DNA of 63,864 nt, the filler included, from Reclinomonas americana ATCC 50394 (lineage: Eukaryota), in the NCBI GenBank assembly GCA_048213135.1. It is 7 parts of 3 records of this genome, joined end to end, with 100 filler letters (N's around TTAATTAATTAA, not from the genome) between each part and the next. Parts side by side here need not be neighbours in the genome. Positions count along the whole stretch, not along the records: positions 45,153 to 52,435 come from PS015300.1; positions 52,536 to 62,618 come from PS015300.1; 5 more parts are not named here. One strand, written 5' to 3'. Shown in pieces: positions 51,581-62,718 of this stretch. The notes under the pieces were generated by a model. It did no database searches. It saw nothing but the letters and a program-made list of their open reading frames with translations, and had not been told where the DNA came from. The first letter of the stretch is position 1. Every line of letters begins with the position of its first letter. The translations under genes were made by a program, and so were the position numbers.

Positions 51581-54500
51581 ATGTTTGGGAAGAAGAAGGG
51601 CTACTCGCACGAGTACACGCTCACTGTTGAGGGTGTCAGCGGTGAGGCGCATCCGCTGAAACCAAGAAAGCGTGTGTGTGTCGTCCTCATTCGCAGTTGT
51701 CGCCAGGTTTGCCGCAGTATGATGGACAACTGCTGTATGTGCAATGGAAACGCGGTGGAAAGCGCTCAGGCGAGACCAAACCGGTAAGCTTGTGTGTGTG
51801 TGTGTGTGTGTGGCAGCGAGTGGCAAGCGCAGTGTGTGCCTCAAGCGCGTGCGTTTGTCGGGAGATGTCCCATGCCCGCAGCGTGCTCTCTTTCTCCCTT
51901 GCTCTTCTCATTCTCCCTCCTCTCCACCCTTCTCTTCTCCACGCCGTCTACTGGTGCCACCGATGCTATGTGTCTTTGTGTGAGATAATAATGTGATGTA
52001 TCAGTGAGTGTGATGACCGTTTGTGTTCTGGTCTCGGTCATCGCGTGAGAAGTGGGGCATGATTGCGATTGTTTGTGTGTGAGAGTGGACACTGTGCACG
52101 AGCTGTTGTCTTGCATGCGCGACTGTGTGTGTGTGTGGGTCGGTGCATGTCTGGCGTAGAGAGTGATATATATGTGTGAGTTGTCTTGTTTGTCTGCCTG
52201 CGTTTCGTGTGTGTGTGCGCGTGTCTCTTTCACTGTGTATGTGTGTGGTGATGCGTAGCTGAGAATAGCTCTCCTTCTTCTCCTCCTCCTCTTCCTTCTC
52301 CTCGTTCTTCTGTGAGCTCATGGAGTATTATTGTTGGATTGCATCAGCAACAATGCGAGGATGGAGTGTGTCTGTTCAACCAGCGCTTCTCGTTCACCGG
52401 CACGCTCTTCCGCAAGAAGGAGAACGGCCCGTTCGNNNNNNNNNNNNNNNNNNNNNNNNNNNNNNNNNNNNNNNNNNNNTTAATTAATTAANNNNNNNNN
52501 NNNNNNNNNNNNNNNNNNNNNNNNNNNNNNNNNNNCGCCTCGTCGCAGTAATGACGGGCCGGGCGCACTCGACACACTGTATCTATCGTCGTCGACGGCA
52601 GCCGATCCCGACATCACGGGTCCCGAGTGACGATCCCGCGTGCGATTGTCGGTGCCTCCACGTGCTGGCCTGTCGTCGTAGTAATCTGGAGCGAAATAAA
52701 TGTGAGTCGCCCGGCATCACACTGCGTCGTCGACGAAGGGACATGCGCGCACCTGGTGCGTCGAATCCACTGGACGACACGTCGTCACCGTAGCGCGAAT
52801 CAATGTCCTCGGTGGCAGTGTTCACGCTGGGCGCCGTCATGGCCGAGCCTGAGCCCTCGCCGACAAAATGAGGGGCCAGTCGGATGCGCAGCTGTGCCCG
52901 CGCTCCACCACGCACGGCCAGCGTGCGCGAAATCGGCTGGGCGGCGATCTCATTGTTGTCGTGCTCCATGCAGCTGGCGGCGGTGAACTCACTCAAATCC
53001 AAAATACTCTGCCCGAGCTTGTGCCGACGCTGCTTTTGGTCTTGCGTCATGAGATTCAGCTTCAGCTCCTTCTTGTNNNNNNNNNNNNNNNNNNNNCTGG
53101 CGCAGCCGGCAGTCAGACACTGGATGTGGCAGACTCGCCCGTGGGAAGTGCGAGCCGAAGAGGCAACCGTGCGCGGTTCGCGCCGGGCGCCAGTTCCACG
53201 GCTGCGCCCGCAGCCGCGGCGGTCACCGATCCACCGGCCAGACCTAGCGCGCCTGCAGACTCGGGGAGCCGTGGCAACGGGTCGACTGGGACGGCCGTCG
53301 CTGTGGCTTCGGCGCCGGGCAAGTCGCGGACCGCCACCGCAACTGCCACCGCTGTCACTGCAGTGCGTGTTGAGGAGTAGAGGGTTGTGACGCTGTAGCA
53401 GTCGTCTCACACGAGATGTTTCGTTGATGTGCGCAGCCAGCAGCGCCAGCCCCGTCATCGACTGCCAGCACGCTGTCGGCGGATCGGCTATCGGGAGGTG
53501 CGCCATTTGGCGGCGGTGTTTCGGGCGTGCGGGCAAACTCGAGTCCGAGTGCCGACGACGACGATTCGCAAGTTGTGTGTCTCTCAGCGTGTGAGTGGGC
53601 GCGCCTCACGTGTGCCAACCATCGTGCATTCTCGTGCAGGATGACGCCGATTTTGTGGACGAGCTGGTGTACTTGCAGGCACCCGCCACAGATCATGGAA
53701 CGGTTCGTTGTTCGCGCCTGCTGGGATGCGGCTCGCTTGCGTTGTTGTGTGTTTTGTTGACGTGTGTGCGTGCATGCGTAGCCAATGGCCGGTCAGCGAA
53801 TTGTGGACGGTGTGCATGAGCGCTGTGTGTTTGCGACGTCTTCAAGGCGCGCGCTTGCGTTCCTCGATCGGCTCCTGAAGGCCATGGCACAATTCATCAA
53901 GGTGTGCTGATATTCGTCGCAGCCATGCCGTGCTTCTCTGTGACTCACTTTGGTGTCATTGTCTTGCGCAGGCGTATGATGAGTACGATCAGATTCGCTT
54001 GTTCTGGCTGGCTTCGTGTGGCTTTATCGTCGCCGAGTACGCAGTCAAGTACCCGGCGGAGCTCAGTCCGGCCACTGTTGCGTACCCCCACTCAGCGAGT
54101 GAGCACCGCAGTTGTCATTCACCACTGTTTCCCTTTCACCACGCAGGATGCTGGCTCGGCGGGAGCCGTTGGCACAGCGGCGAGCAATGGAAGGGGTGCG
54201 GGGCGTGCGAGGACTGTGGTGCCCACCGCGGCAAAAGTGCAGTCGTATTACACGGTGGCTGCGGAGGACAGCGGAGCACCTGGTCTGCGCGGACCACAGC
54301 TCGGCCACGCCGCGTGGACGGCGACTCACCACTTTAACAAGGTTTCCCGAGCGATTGCGCACTGCGCGTGTTCGGCATTCTTAACGGCGTGCTGCGTGCA
54401 GTTGTTGGAGTCGGAGAGGAGAAACGACAGCGAGTCGACGGTGCTGGAGTTGGCGTTTGCGCTTGCCGTGCAGAATATCTACGCATGGTGCTGTGCTTTG

Positions 54501-55508
54501 TGATGTGACGAATGTGCTGGTCCGTGCATGTCACTCACTCACGTCTCCACCGCAGGGTGTACGCATCGTCGCTGCTGAGCGTGTACCGCCGCATCGACGA
54601 CATGCTGTTGCATGATGTGTTCGACTACACGCAGTTTGGGTCGGCGCTGAAAAAGTTGCGCCCGAGCTGGCTCGTGTACGTTCCTTTGGGAGAGCAGCAG
54701 CTAAACAACGAGGGAATAGGGGTTCTGGGCGCGATCCGATGGATGGCATGGTGCGCCTGTTGGAGAAGCAGAATGCGGCATTGGTGGCAGCTGGTACGTA
54801 CGCACAGCTTCTTCTTCTTCTTCTTCTTCCAAATATCACCGTCCTCATCCACCGACTACCGTAGGTTCCAGTGTCGCGTTGCGCTCCTCGATGATTGGCC
54901 AGCTGCTCCACTTTGTGTCTTGCCGAGTGGTCAACACGGTGTTGCAGAACGAGGAGTACATGCAGACGCAGACGGCGCTAAAGGTGTCGTGTTTCACCCT
55001 CGCGCACACACACTCTCCTCGTCACTCATGTGCTCTTGTTGCAGCTGAAAATGGGCCTCTCCAAGCTCTACCAGTTCTTGTCGTCGTCGACGATTGGACT
55101 CGCCCACTCACTGTTGCGTTTGTCTGTCTGCATGTGTGAATCTTCAGTGGCTGACATCGTGACTGCACGCGCAGCGACGGCAAGTTGCGCCCGATTGCCA
55201 GCACCGCCGACGTGCTGCTCATCTCCAAGGAGCACCTGGTGGAGGACGACACGCGTGGCGAAGTGTGCGGCGAAGGTGGCCTTACTCCTGCGCAGCTGCT
55301 GCATCTCGTCAAGAACTTCAAGCCCGACGAGTACGAGGACATTGCCGTGGTGCGCCGTGCTCATTCGGAACTCGACCGCAAGATCGGTGCGGTGCCCGGC
55401 TCTCCAGGCTTCCCCATTATCCCGGGAGCCTCGGCGCGTGGTCGTTTCCAGCTGCCGCAGCAGCTGCTGCTCGATGCCGACACAATACCACTGCCGCCCA
55501 CCGCCTAA
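51581..55508 (+). CDS. NT-C2 (EEIG1/EHBP1-type) plus Dilute (DIL) domain protein; segment 52536-53076 is assembled inverted
   Basis: NT-C2: YTLTVEGVS|GLPQYDGQLLYVQWKRGGKRSGETKP|...FNQRFSFTGTLFRKK.GPF|DKKELKLNL...KLGQSILDLSEF. DIL: QLLHFVSCRVVNTVL..LK|LKMGLSKLYQF..LRPIASTADVLLISK...VC..LTPAQLLHLVKNFKPDEY. Confidence 0.8.
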
Positions 55509-55715
55509 ACGCGCGGGAATAAGGAAAAAGAAGACGACGAATACAAAAAGCGTCCTATGTGTTGCTGCTCTTGCTGTCGCCGTCCTCCGCTTCTTTTCCA
55601 TCATTCTGCTGAGGAGTGGCACAGTCATCGCATGGAGGAGGGAAGCCAGGCCGTGGCTGCCGACAGTCAGCGCGCGGGGCGGGCACGATCACGCATCACT
55701 CGCCTGTTGTCTCAC

Positions 55716-57014
55716 ATGTTTCCGCGCGCCACTCTCCTCACCCGCCTGTTGCGGTCGCCACACGATGCACAGCCGAGTGCTACCAATGCACACGGTGCGC
55801 CTCTTGTCTCTCCAGCCCATGATGAATCACCGTCACTTTGCTGACTGGACCGATTGCATGCAGAGAGAGTGATGGCCAACGCGGCAGTGGAGGAGGACGA
55901 GGTGGGCGAAGGAGATGAGGAGGAGGGTCTGATCACACTCCAAAAGGCTCTGCAGCAGTCGACGGCGAGTGAGGCGACGCCGAAAGTTGTGGATCGGCGA
56001 CTCATTGGCTTCCCGCGCACCGTGGCCAACGCCACGCTCTTCTCGCGCGTCATGGAGCAGGTGTACCAGGAGGAGAAGCAAGTCATTCCCGACTCGGGTT
56101 CGTTAGTTTCATCAGTCTTCGTGCATCCCTCTTTCTCTCCTTCCACCCACGCCTGCCTCAAACCCGCAGACTTGGTGGAGATGCCCAAGGGCGAGCCTCC
56201 GTCGCTCACCGAGTTGTTTGGCGACGAGTTCCCGTCGGGTCACGTGTGCGTCGTCGGCCCCACCGGATCCGGCAAGAGTACGATCGTCCGCGGTATCCTG
56301 TGTGCGCTCTGCGACCGTCACACGCTGTCGATCTACTCGCTGGAGTTTCCCGTGGAGGTCAACCTCAACACGCACGGTCTCTTTCACGTGTGCCAGATCG
56401 ACATGTTTCAGCAAGTGGCCGGTCGGCAGCGATCGCTGCACGAGGTCGCCAACGCGCTTCTGCATCACGATCCCGACCTGCTGTACTTTGGCGAGCTGCG
56501 CAACAAGACCGACTTTGAGACGGCGACGAGTGTGGCGCTGAGTGGAGTGGCGTGCATCAGCACGGGCCATGCGCACTCGCCCATGGACCTGTTGGAGCGT
56601 TTGCGCGCGATGAACATTGACCTGTCGACGCAGTTTCGTGCCTTTCGCTGCATCGTCGGCGTGAAGCGCGTGCCCATTCTGTGCGACGTGTGCAAGCGCA
56701 CGGTGGTGTTCCAGGGTTCGCCGTCGGATAATCGCGCTCTCCGACTCTTCTTCATGTATCGCACGGTGACGTTGAGTCGGGTGCGTCGACGGCAGACGCA
56801 GCCTCGTGTGTGCATGCCGGGCACGGGCACGAACTGTTCGGCGTGCACCGGTGGCTACACGCACAATCACACCATCTACGAGTTCCTGCGCATCCACCCG
56901 ACAGACACGCTGGAGTCGCTGCGGCGCAATCACACGTACACGACGGAGGAGACGTTGCTGGACCTCATCATGCAGGGCAAGGTCAATCCACAGTATCTGG
57001 AGAGCCTGCTTTGA
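55716..57014 (+). CDS. gspE: GspE/PilB-family secretion ATPase, nuclear-encoded with a putative mitochondrial presequence (exons 55716-55794, 55864-56097, 56170-57014; ~385 aa)
   Basis: Walker A GPTGSGKST; Asp box SLEFPVE; Walker B HHDPDLLYFGELRN; His box SGVACISTGHA; LLERL; tetracysteine LCDVC...CSAC followed by GGY....IYEFL; two GT-AG introns (69 and 72 nt); N-terminus MFPRATLLTRLLRS. Confidence 0.9.
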
Positions 57015-57044
57015 GAGGTTATTAAGTTTTCCCTTCACTGCGAT

Positions 57045-59243
57045 TCATGACGGGTGTGACGTGGTGGTTCCGTTGAGTGTGCTGCTCGCGACCGCGGCTC
57101 CGCCAGCGACCGCCGCCGCCGCCGCGGCGCCTCCCTTGGTGGATGCTCGCGAACCGGGGCGTGTTGGACCGTAGCGGATTGCGCGATCAATCTCCAGCAC
57201 CCACTGGTCTCGCGTCAGCGCCGACTCGCAACTCAATTCGTACTTGCGCGTCGGTGTCTGCAGCGAGAAGCGGAATCGCGGTCCTGTTTCGCCCAGCCGT
57301 GACATGGGTCCCGACACGCGACATGCCAGCTCGCCACTGCCGCCCATGGGGATGGAACCTCGTGGCTCCGTGTCGCTCTTGTCGTGACAGTACCGCAACT
57401 CACACCGCTCGGCGTCCAGCTCGAACCAACGCCGCTGCCACACGATTCCGAGGAAGCCGCCGCGCTTGTGCACCCAGCCACGCAAGCTCTGCGGCGGTAC
57501 AATGTAGCCGCGGGAACTCGAATACACGCCGTCGCTGTAGTCGCCGCCGCCAGCGTAGCTCGATGGTGGAATGTAGTAGCTGGTTGTTGTGCTACCGTTG
57601 CTCACGGCCGCGGATCCCGTCGCGTAGCGAGTGTAGATCGGATCGCTGCTGGTGGCGTGCGGATTGACGCCAGTGGCCAGCAGCAGCGGCTCCAATTCGG
57701 CGCGTGTGGGCGACAGCAGCGGGTGAACAGCACGGAGGAGGCCCAGTGGGTTTCGACCGTGACGATTCAGGCGCTCCATCGATGCATTCGCCGTCAGCAG
57801 CAGGGTGACCGCTGTCACGTCGCCGTCGACCACCGCCTGTCCGAGTGGGGTGTTGCCGTCGACCATGCGGCACGTCTGATCGAGATCGACCAGAGGATTG
57901 CCAACAAGATGCTCCAGCAGCGACGTCATTCCCATCTCGATCGCCACACCGACCAGACTCGTGCCGTCGTGCGCGAGTGCGTTGAGGGCGGCAGCGTCGG
58001 ATTGTTGCGCCAAAAACAGCGCTGCGGCCTCGTGACCGCCCTGCGCCGCGAGCATCACCGGCGTTGCACGAGCTCCCACGGGGGCCACCAACGAAGCGTC
58101 CTCCATGGTCTTGACACGCGGCACAGTATTCGGGTTCGCACCGGCCGACACCAGCAACTCGCACACGCGCACGTTGCCGGAACGCGCCGCATGGTGCAAT
58201 GCAGTCTCGTCAAAAATGTCTGCCAAGCAGGTCAGGCTTACAGAATACAAACAAAGAGCCTCTCCCCTCCACAAACCTGTGACATGCAAGTCGCACACCT
58301 CGGCATTGCGCGAGTCCGCCAACAACTGCTGCACCATCTCCTCATCTCCACGCCGACACGCCGCCATCAGTGGCGTGACTCCGTAGCCCAGGTGGCCCAC
58401 ATTCACCGACGGCACCACCACCGAACCCACCTCCCGCTGCTCGGCGTGCAAGTCAAGCAGCACACGCGCCGTACTCGCATCGCGGACGACAAGAAGCGGG
58501 AAGCGCGTCCACCGCGTCGCCGACCACGGCTCGAAGCGACTCGACCGCTCCCGCCCAACGCCATCGACCAGCAGCAGTGGCTGCTGGCTCCCAGAGGCCG
58601 CACTCACCACCGCCGCCATGGCCTCTGCAGCCTCGGCAGCCGCCACCGCCGCCAACGCCTGCTCATCACTCTCAGCGCTGTCACCACTGGCAGCCACAGT
58701 TGTCGCAGTCGCCGCCGCCTTGCTTTGACATCGATGCACGAACGGCAGTCGACCGTCGCCCGTGAGCGCCAGCATGCGCAACTTGTCAGGCGGGCCCACA
58801 TCCTCCTCCTCCTCTTCTTCTTCCACCTCTTGTCCACCACTGTCATCATCATCATCATCATCACGACGAGGCCGCTCTCTCTCCTGTCGCGCCTTGACAT
58901 ACGCCTGCAGCAACATCTGCACCGCCTCTGCTGTGCAATCGCGTTGCGCACACAATGCAGTCACAGCCGCACGCACAAGAGACCGCGGCATGGTGACGAG
59001 GAATCTGCGCGCACACTCTCTCAGTGTAACACACACACAGAGAGACGCAAGCTGGCATATGTGTGCGCGTCGCAACTCTTGCAACTCGCGGACTTCGCCG
59101 TTTGCTGCGTCGCCGGCCTGTGCATGTGTGACGGCCGAGACGAGGGCGGCAGTGAGAGGAGTTCGCCGACTGCCCTGTGCCAGCACCGACTCGACCATGC
59201 TGTCACTGCCGTCGCCAGCAGTGGCAGAGGCCGTGTCGCCCAT
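57045..59243 (-). CDS. Ankyrin-repeat plus C-terminal PH-domain protein
   Basis: TPLMAACRRGD, ETALHHAARSGN, TPVMLAAQGGH, GNTPLGQAV; PH: GWVHKRGGFLGIVWQRRWFEL...LRY...PRGSI...FSLQTPTRKYELSCES...DQWVLEI. Confidence 0.9.
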   Translation of the reverse strand: MGDTASATAGDGSDSMVESVLAQGSRRTPLTAALVSAVTHAQAGDAANGEVRELQELRRAHICQLASLCVCVTLRECARRFLVTMPRSLVRAAVTALCAQRDCTAEAVQMLLQAYVKARQERERPRRDDDDDDDSGGQEVEEEEEEEDVGPPDKLRMLALTGDGRLPFVHRCQSKAAATATTVAASGDSAESDEQALAAVAAAEAAEAMAAVVSAASGSQQPLLLVDGVGRERSSRFEPWSATRWTRFPLLVVRDASTARVLLDLHAEQREVGSVVVPSVNVGHLGYGVTPLMAACRRGDEEMVQQLLADSRNAEVCDLHVTGLWRGEALCLYSVSLTCLADIFDETALHHAARSGNVRVCELLVSAGANPNTVPRVKTMEDASLVAPVGARATPVMLAAQGGHEAAALFLAQQSDAAALNALAHDGTSLVGVAIEMGMTSLLEHLVGNPLVDLDQTCRMVDGNTPLGQAVVDGDVTAVTLLLTANASMERLNRHGRNPLGLLRAVHPLLSPTRAELEPLLLATGVNPHATSSDPIYTRYATGSAAVSNGSTTTSYYIPPSSYAGGGDYSDGVYSSSRGYIVPPQSLRGWVHKRGGFLGIVWQRRWFELDAERCELRYCHDKSDTEPRGSIPMGGSGELACRVSGPMSRLGETGPRFRFSLQTPTRKYELSCESALTRDQWVLEIDRAIRYGPTRPGSRASTKGGAAAAAAVAGGAAVASSTLNGTTTSHPS

Positions 59244-59478
59244 GTTGTCTCTCTCTCTCTCTCTCTCACAGATAGCAGGCGCGCGCACGCCACGCACCAA
59301 CGATACACGCACTGAAATAGTTGTCCCGTGAAGTGATTTCACTCACAGAGAGAGATAGAGAGAGAGATAGAACGAGAAGAACATATAGGCAAGAGGAGAG
59401 GGATTCACACACATACACACGTACACGCGTACAGATACAGGAAAGGTGCAAGGTTTGTCGACCAGTGCCGATTGGATT

Positions 59479-62335
59479 TCAGTAACGTCGCCGGTACCGC
59501 GAAGGAGGTGGGACTTGCGGTTCCGGTGAGGTTGTCCGCAGCACGAGTCCAGGTGGTGGGTGATTCCTGCCCAATGCCTGTGCGACAGAACAGTGAGTAT
59601 CCGGGAAGAGTCCGCAGAAANNNNNNNNNNNNNNNNNNNNNNNNNNNNNNNNNNNNNNNNNNNNNNNNNNNNNNNNNNNNNNNNNNNNNNNNNNNNNNNN
59701 NNNNNNNNNNNNNNNNNNNNNNNNNNNNNNNNNNNNNNNNNNNNNNNNNNNNNNNNNNNNNNNNNNNNNNNNNNNNNNNNNNNNNNNNNNNNNNNNNNNN
59801 NNNNNNNNNNNNNNNNNNNNNNNNNNNNNNNNNNNNNNNNNNNNNNNNNNNNNNNNNNNNNNNNNNNNNNNNNNNNNNNNNNNNNNNNNNNNNNNNNNNN
59901 NNNNNNNNNNNNNNNNNNNNNNNNNNNNNNNNNNNNNNNNNNNNNNNNNNNNNNNNNNNNNNNNNNNNNNNNNNNNNNNNNNNTTTTTTCCCCGCCAGTG
60001 GGAGGCGGCGTCGGTCCTCCACCGACCAATGGTAATGGTGGCGGCGGTGGCGGTGGTGTTGGTGGCGGTGCGCGTGGCGGTGGCGGCGGTGGTGTGGGTG
60101 GCGGTGGCGGAGGTGGCGGTGGTGGCGGAGGTGGCGGTGGCGGCGGCGGTGGCGGTGGTGGTTCTAATCAAGGCGGTGGTGTGCGACAATTCGGTGTACA
60201 TCAGCCACACATGGGTCACGTGCCACTCGGCCCGACCTCCACAGCCCCCGCACCGGCAGCGGCCGTGGGCGCTGTTCTCGGCACCTCCTTGCAACAGAAC
60301 GCAGTTGCGTGTGCTTGAGCGNNNNNNNNNNNNNNNNNNNNNNNNNNNNNNNNNNNNNNNNNNNNNNNNNNNNNNNNNNNNNNNNNNNNNNNNNNNNNNN
60401 NNNNNNNNNNNNNNNNNNNNNNNNNNGAAAAAAGCACAACGTGAGAACAGTGAAGAGAACGAGAGAGGGGGTCAATGCGACAGTCGACTCACCTCTTCTC
60501 ATGTCTCGCGAGGCCGGCACAGGCTTACTGGGCTTGCCCTTGTTCGACTCGTGGATGAACGGGAACTGGAACTCTTCTCGTTTGGGTACACCATTCGGCT
60601 GCGCCACAGCAGAGGGTCAGACACGGCTCGCTCACCAAGCCGATCTTCGTTTGCATACCTTTAACCGCTTCTTGTTCATCTCGTCGGCACCTGGATCGCC
60701 CGACAGCAACGGCAGTGCCACCAACCGCGGATACGCCTGTCTTGGTGTGCGCATGTTCACCGGCAAGTTCTCCTGACTGCCTCCGTGCGACAGTGAGCCA
60801 GCTAATGACATGCCTCCGCCGCCGCCGCCGCCGCCACCACCGTAGCCACCAGTGCCGCTCAGAGCCGACGGCGGACCCATATTTGACATTCCACCACCGA
60901 TTCCGTTAATGCTGAGAGACGACACGCCACCGCCCATACCAAGGTGATATGACGCGGGGATGGCGGTGAGTGACATGGATACCGGCATGGTCATGCTGGT
61001 CTCGCGCAGTGTGCTCGCATGCGACGTCGGTGCTGGTGGGCCTGTGTGATCCAAGTGCAGCACGTCACTCTCCGTTCCATGAGACATGTACTGTGAAAGC
61101 AAGTGAGTGAGTGAGTGAGTGAGTCGATGAGTTGCACGACGATGACGCAACGTCGGCCAGCGACGGCTCCGAGGGTGTTGGTGAGGTGGGTCGCGAACGA
61201 AACGCCTTCCACGGATTAGAGAAGCCGGTGTGGGTCGATGGCGATGTCTTCGGCGGCACCAGGTGCTCCGCCTCCAAGAGCATTTGAGGTCCTGTATTGA
61301 CATCCGCATTCTGAATACAGCGACAGCAATACGAAATTCTAGTGCGTGCGAATACCAGTACCTGTTCGCAACGGCATTGGTTGCTCTTCCAGATCGTCGC
61401 CGCCGGCGCCACCGCCACCTCCGCCCCCTGACGAGTCGCCAATGCCACCATTGCTGCCGGATGCCGTGGCTTGCCGTTCGTCGTCGTCGTACCCCCGCGA
61501 CCTGCGCGCCACGTGACGCAGAGGTTGAGAGACTCGCGCACGCACGCACATACACTCTACTCCACAAATGGCAGGCTCGCACCTGTAGTCGCCGTCTTCC
61601 CTCTTGCGCTCGTGCTTCTTCGAGAGGCGTTTCCGTCGCAGAGCACTAGGATTCTCATCTGCCGACGCCGTCAACTCTCGTAGCTCCTCCTCCATCTCCC
61701 CAATGAACTCCTCGTCAAACAACGGATGCTGCAGCAGCTGCGCACACGTCCACCGCTCCGACGGTTCGTGGTGCAAACATGCCTGCCAAAAAAACATCCC
61801 CTGTGAGAGAAGAGAATCCACACCATGTTTTTTTGGACGACGGGAGAAGATTGCACCTTGAGAAACGACAACACATCGGGGGCAACGCTGGGGAATTTGA
61901 CTTCCAGCGGTTCTAGTTGAGTGGGTAGCGGTATTGTGACCCCTTGATAAAGGGGATTTTGCCGAAAGATCTCCAGATGCCTCTGCGAGAGTTGGCCTGC
62001 ACATCGCGAGCGTGAGTGAGTCACGTTCACGAGTACCACCACCGCCGCCCAATATGCGCGTACCGCAGCACTTGAGGATCAGTGACAACTGATCCAAATC
62101 CGAGTCACCGGGAAATAGTGGCAGTCCGTTGAGACACTCGGCGAACAGGCAGCCCACCGCCCACACATCCACCGGTTTCCCGTATTCCACGTCGCCCACC
62201 AGCAATTCCGGCGCCCGGTACCACCGCGTGGCGACGTAGTCGGTGTACTTGGCCCCCGCCCCGCCCAGCGTCCGTGCAAAGCCAAAGTCGCACACCTTCA
62301 GCAGCCCGTTCTTGCTGATCAGAATGTTCTCCGGC
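59479..62335 (-). CDS. CDKL: CDKL-family kinase (5' exons missing; long low-complexity C-terminus; 3' end uncertain)
   Basis: [21 protein letters not shown]...[47 protein letters not shown], with a TDY activation loop. Confidence 0.9.
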
Positions 62336-62718
62336 TGCGCGTGCGTGAAAAACCAATCAATCAGGCGCAATGGCGGACGAAGCGCATGCCAGTGAGGAGG
62401 AGAAGAAGGAGGAGGAGGAGTATGGGAGTAAGCGGGGGAGAGAGAATGAAGGGGAAGGCGTGGTGGGAATGAAAGGAGACAGAGGAGAGGGAGAAGGAAA
62501 GGAAGCGAAGGAGAGAGCATGAAGAGGAGAGGATGGAGAGAAAGGAGAACTGTCTTTCCCCTGTGCGACTTTCTCTCTCTCCTGGACTCGCAGGCAACGC
62601 ATAGCCACTTGCTCCTCTNNNNNNNNNNNNNNNNNNNNNNNNNNNNNNNNNNNNNNNNNNNNTTAATTAATTAANNNNNNNNNNNNNNNNNNNNNNNNNN
62701 NNNNNNNNNNNNNNNNNN

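Noticed and set aside
55716..57014. GspE gene as bacterial contamination or part of an operon
   Set aside because: It has two inferred spliceosomal introns with the host's signals, is contiguous with eukaryotic genes on both sides, and has no neighbouring gsp/pil genes.
57384..59315. 643-aa plus-strand ORF (and 56112-57038 on the minus strand)
   Set aside because: Antisense shadows of GC3-rich real genes, with no recognisable motifs.
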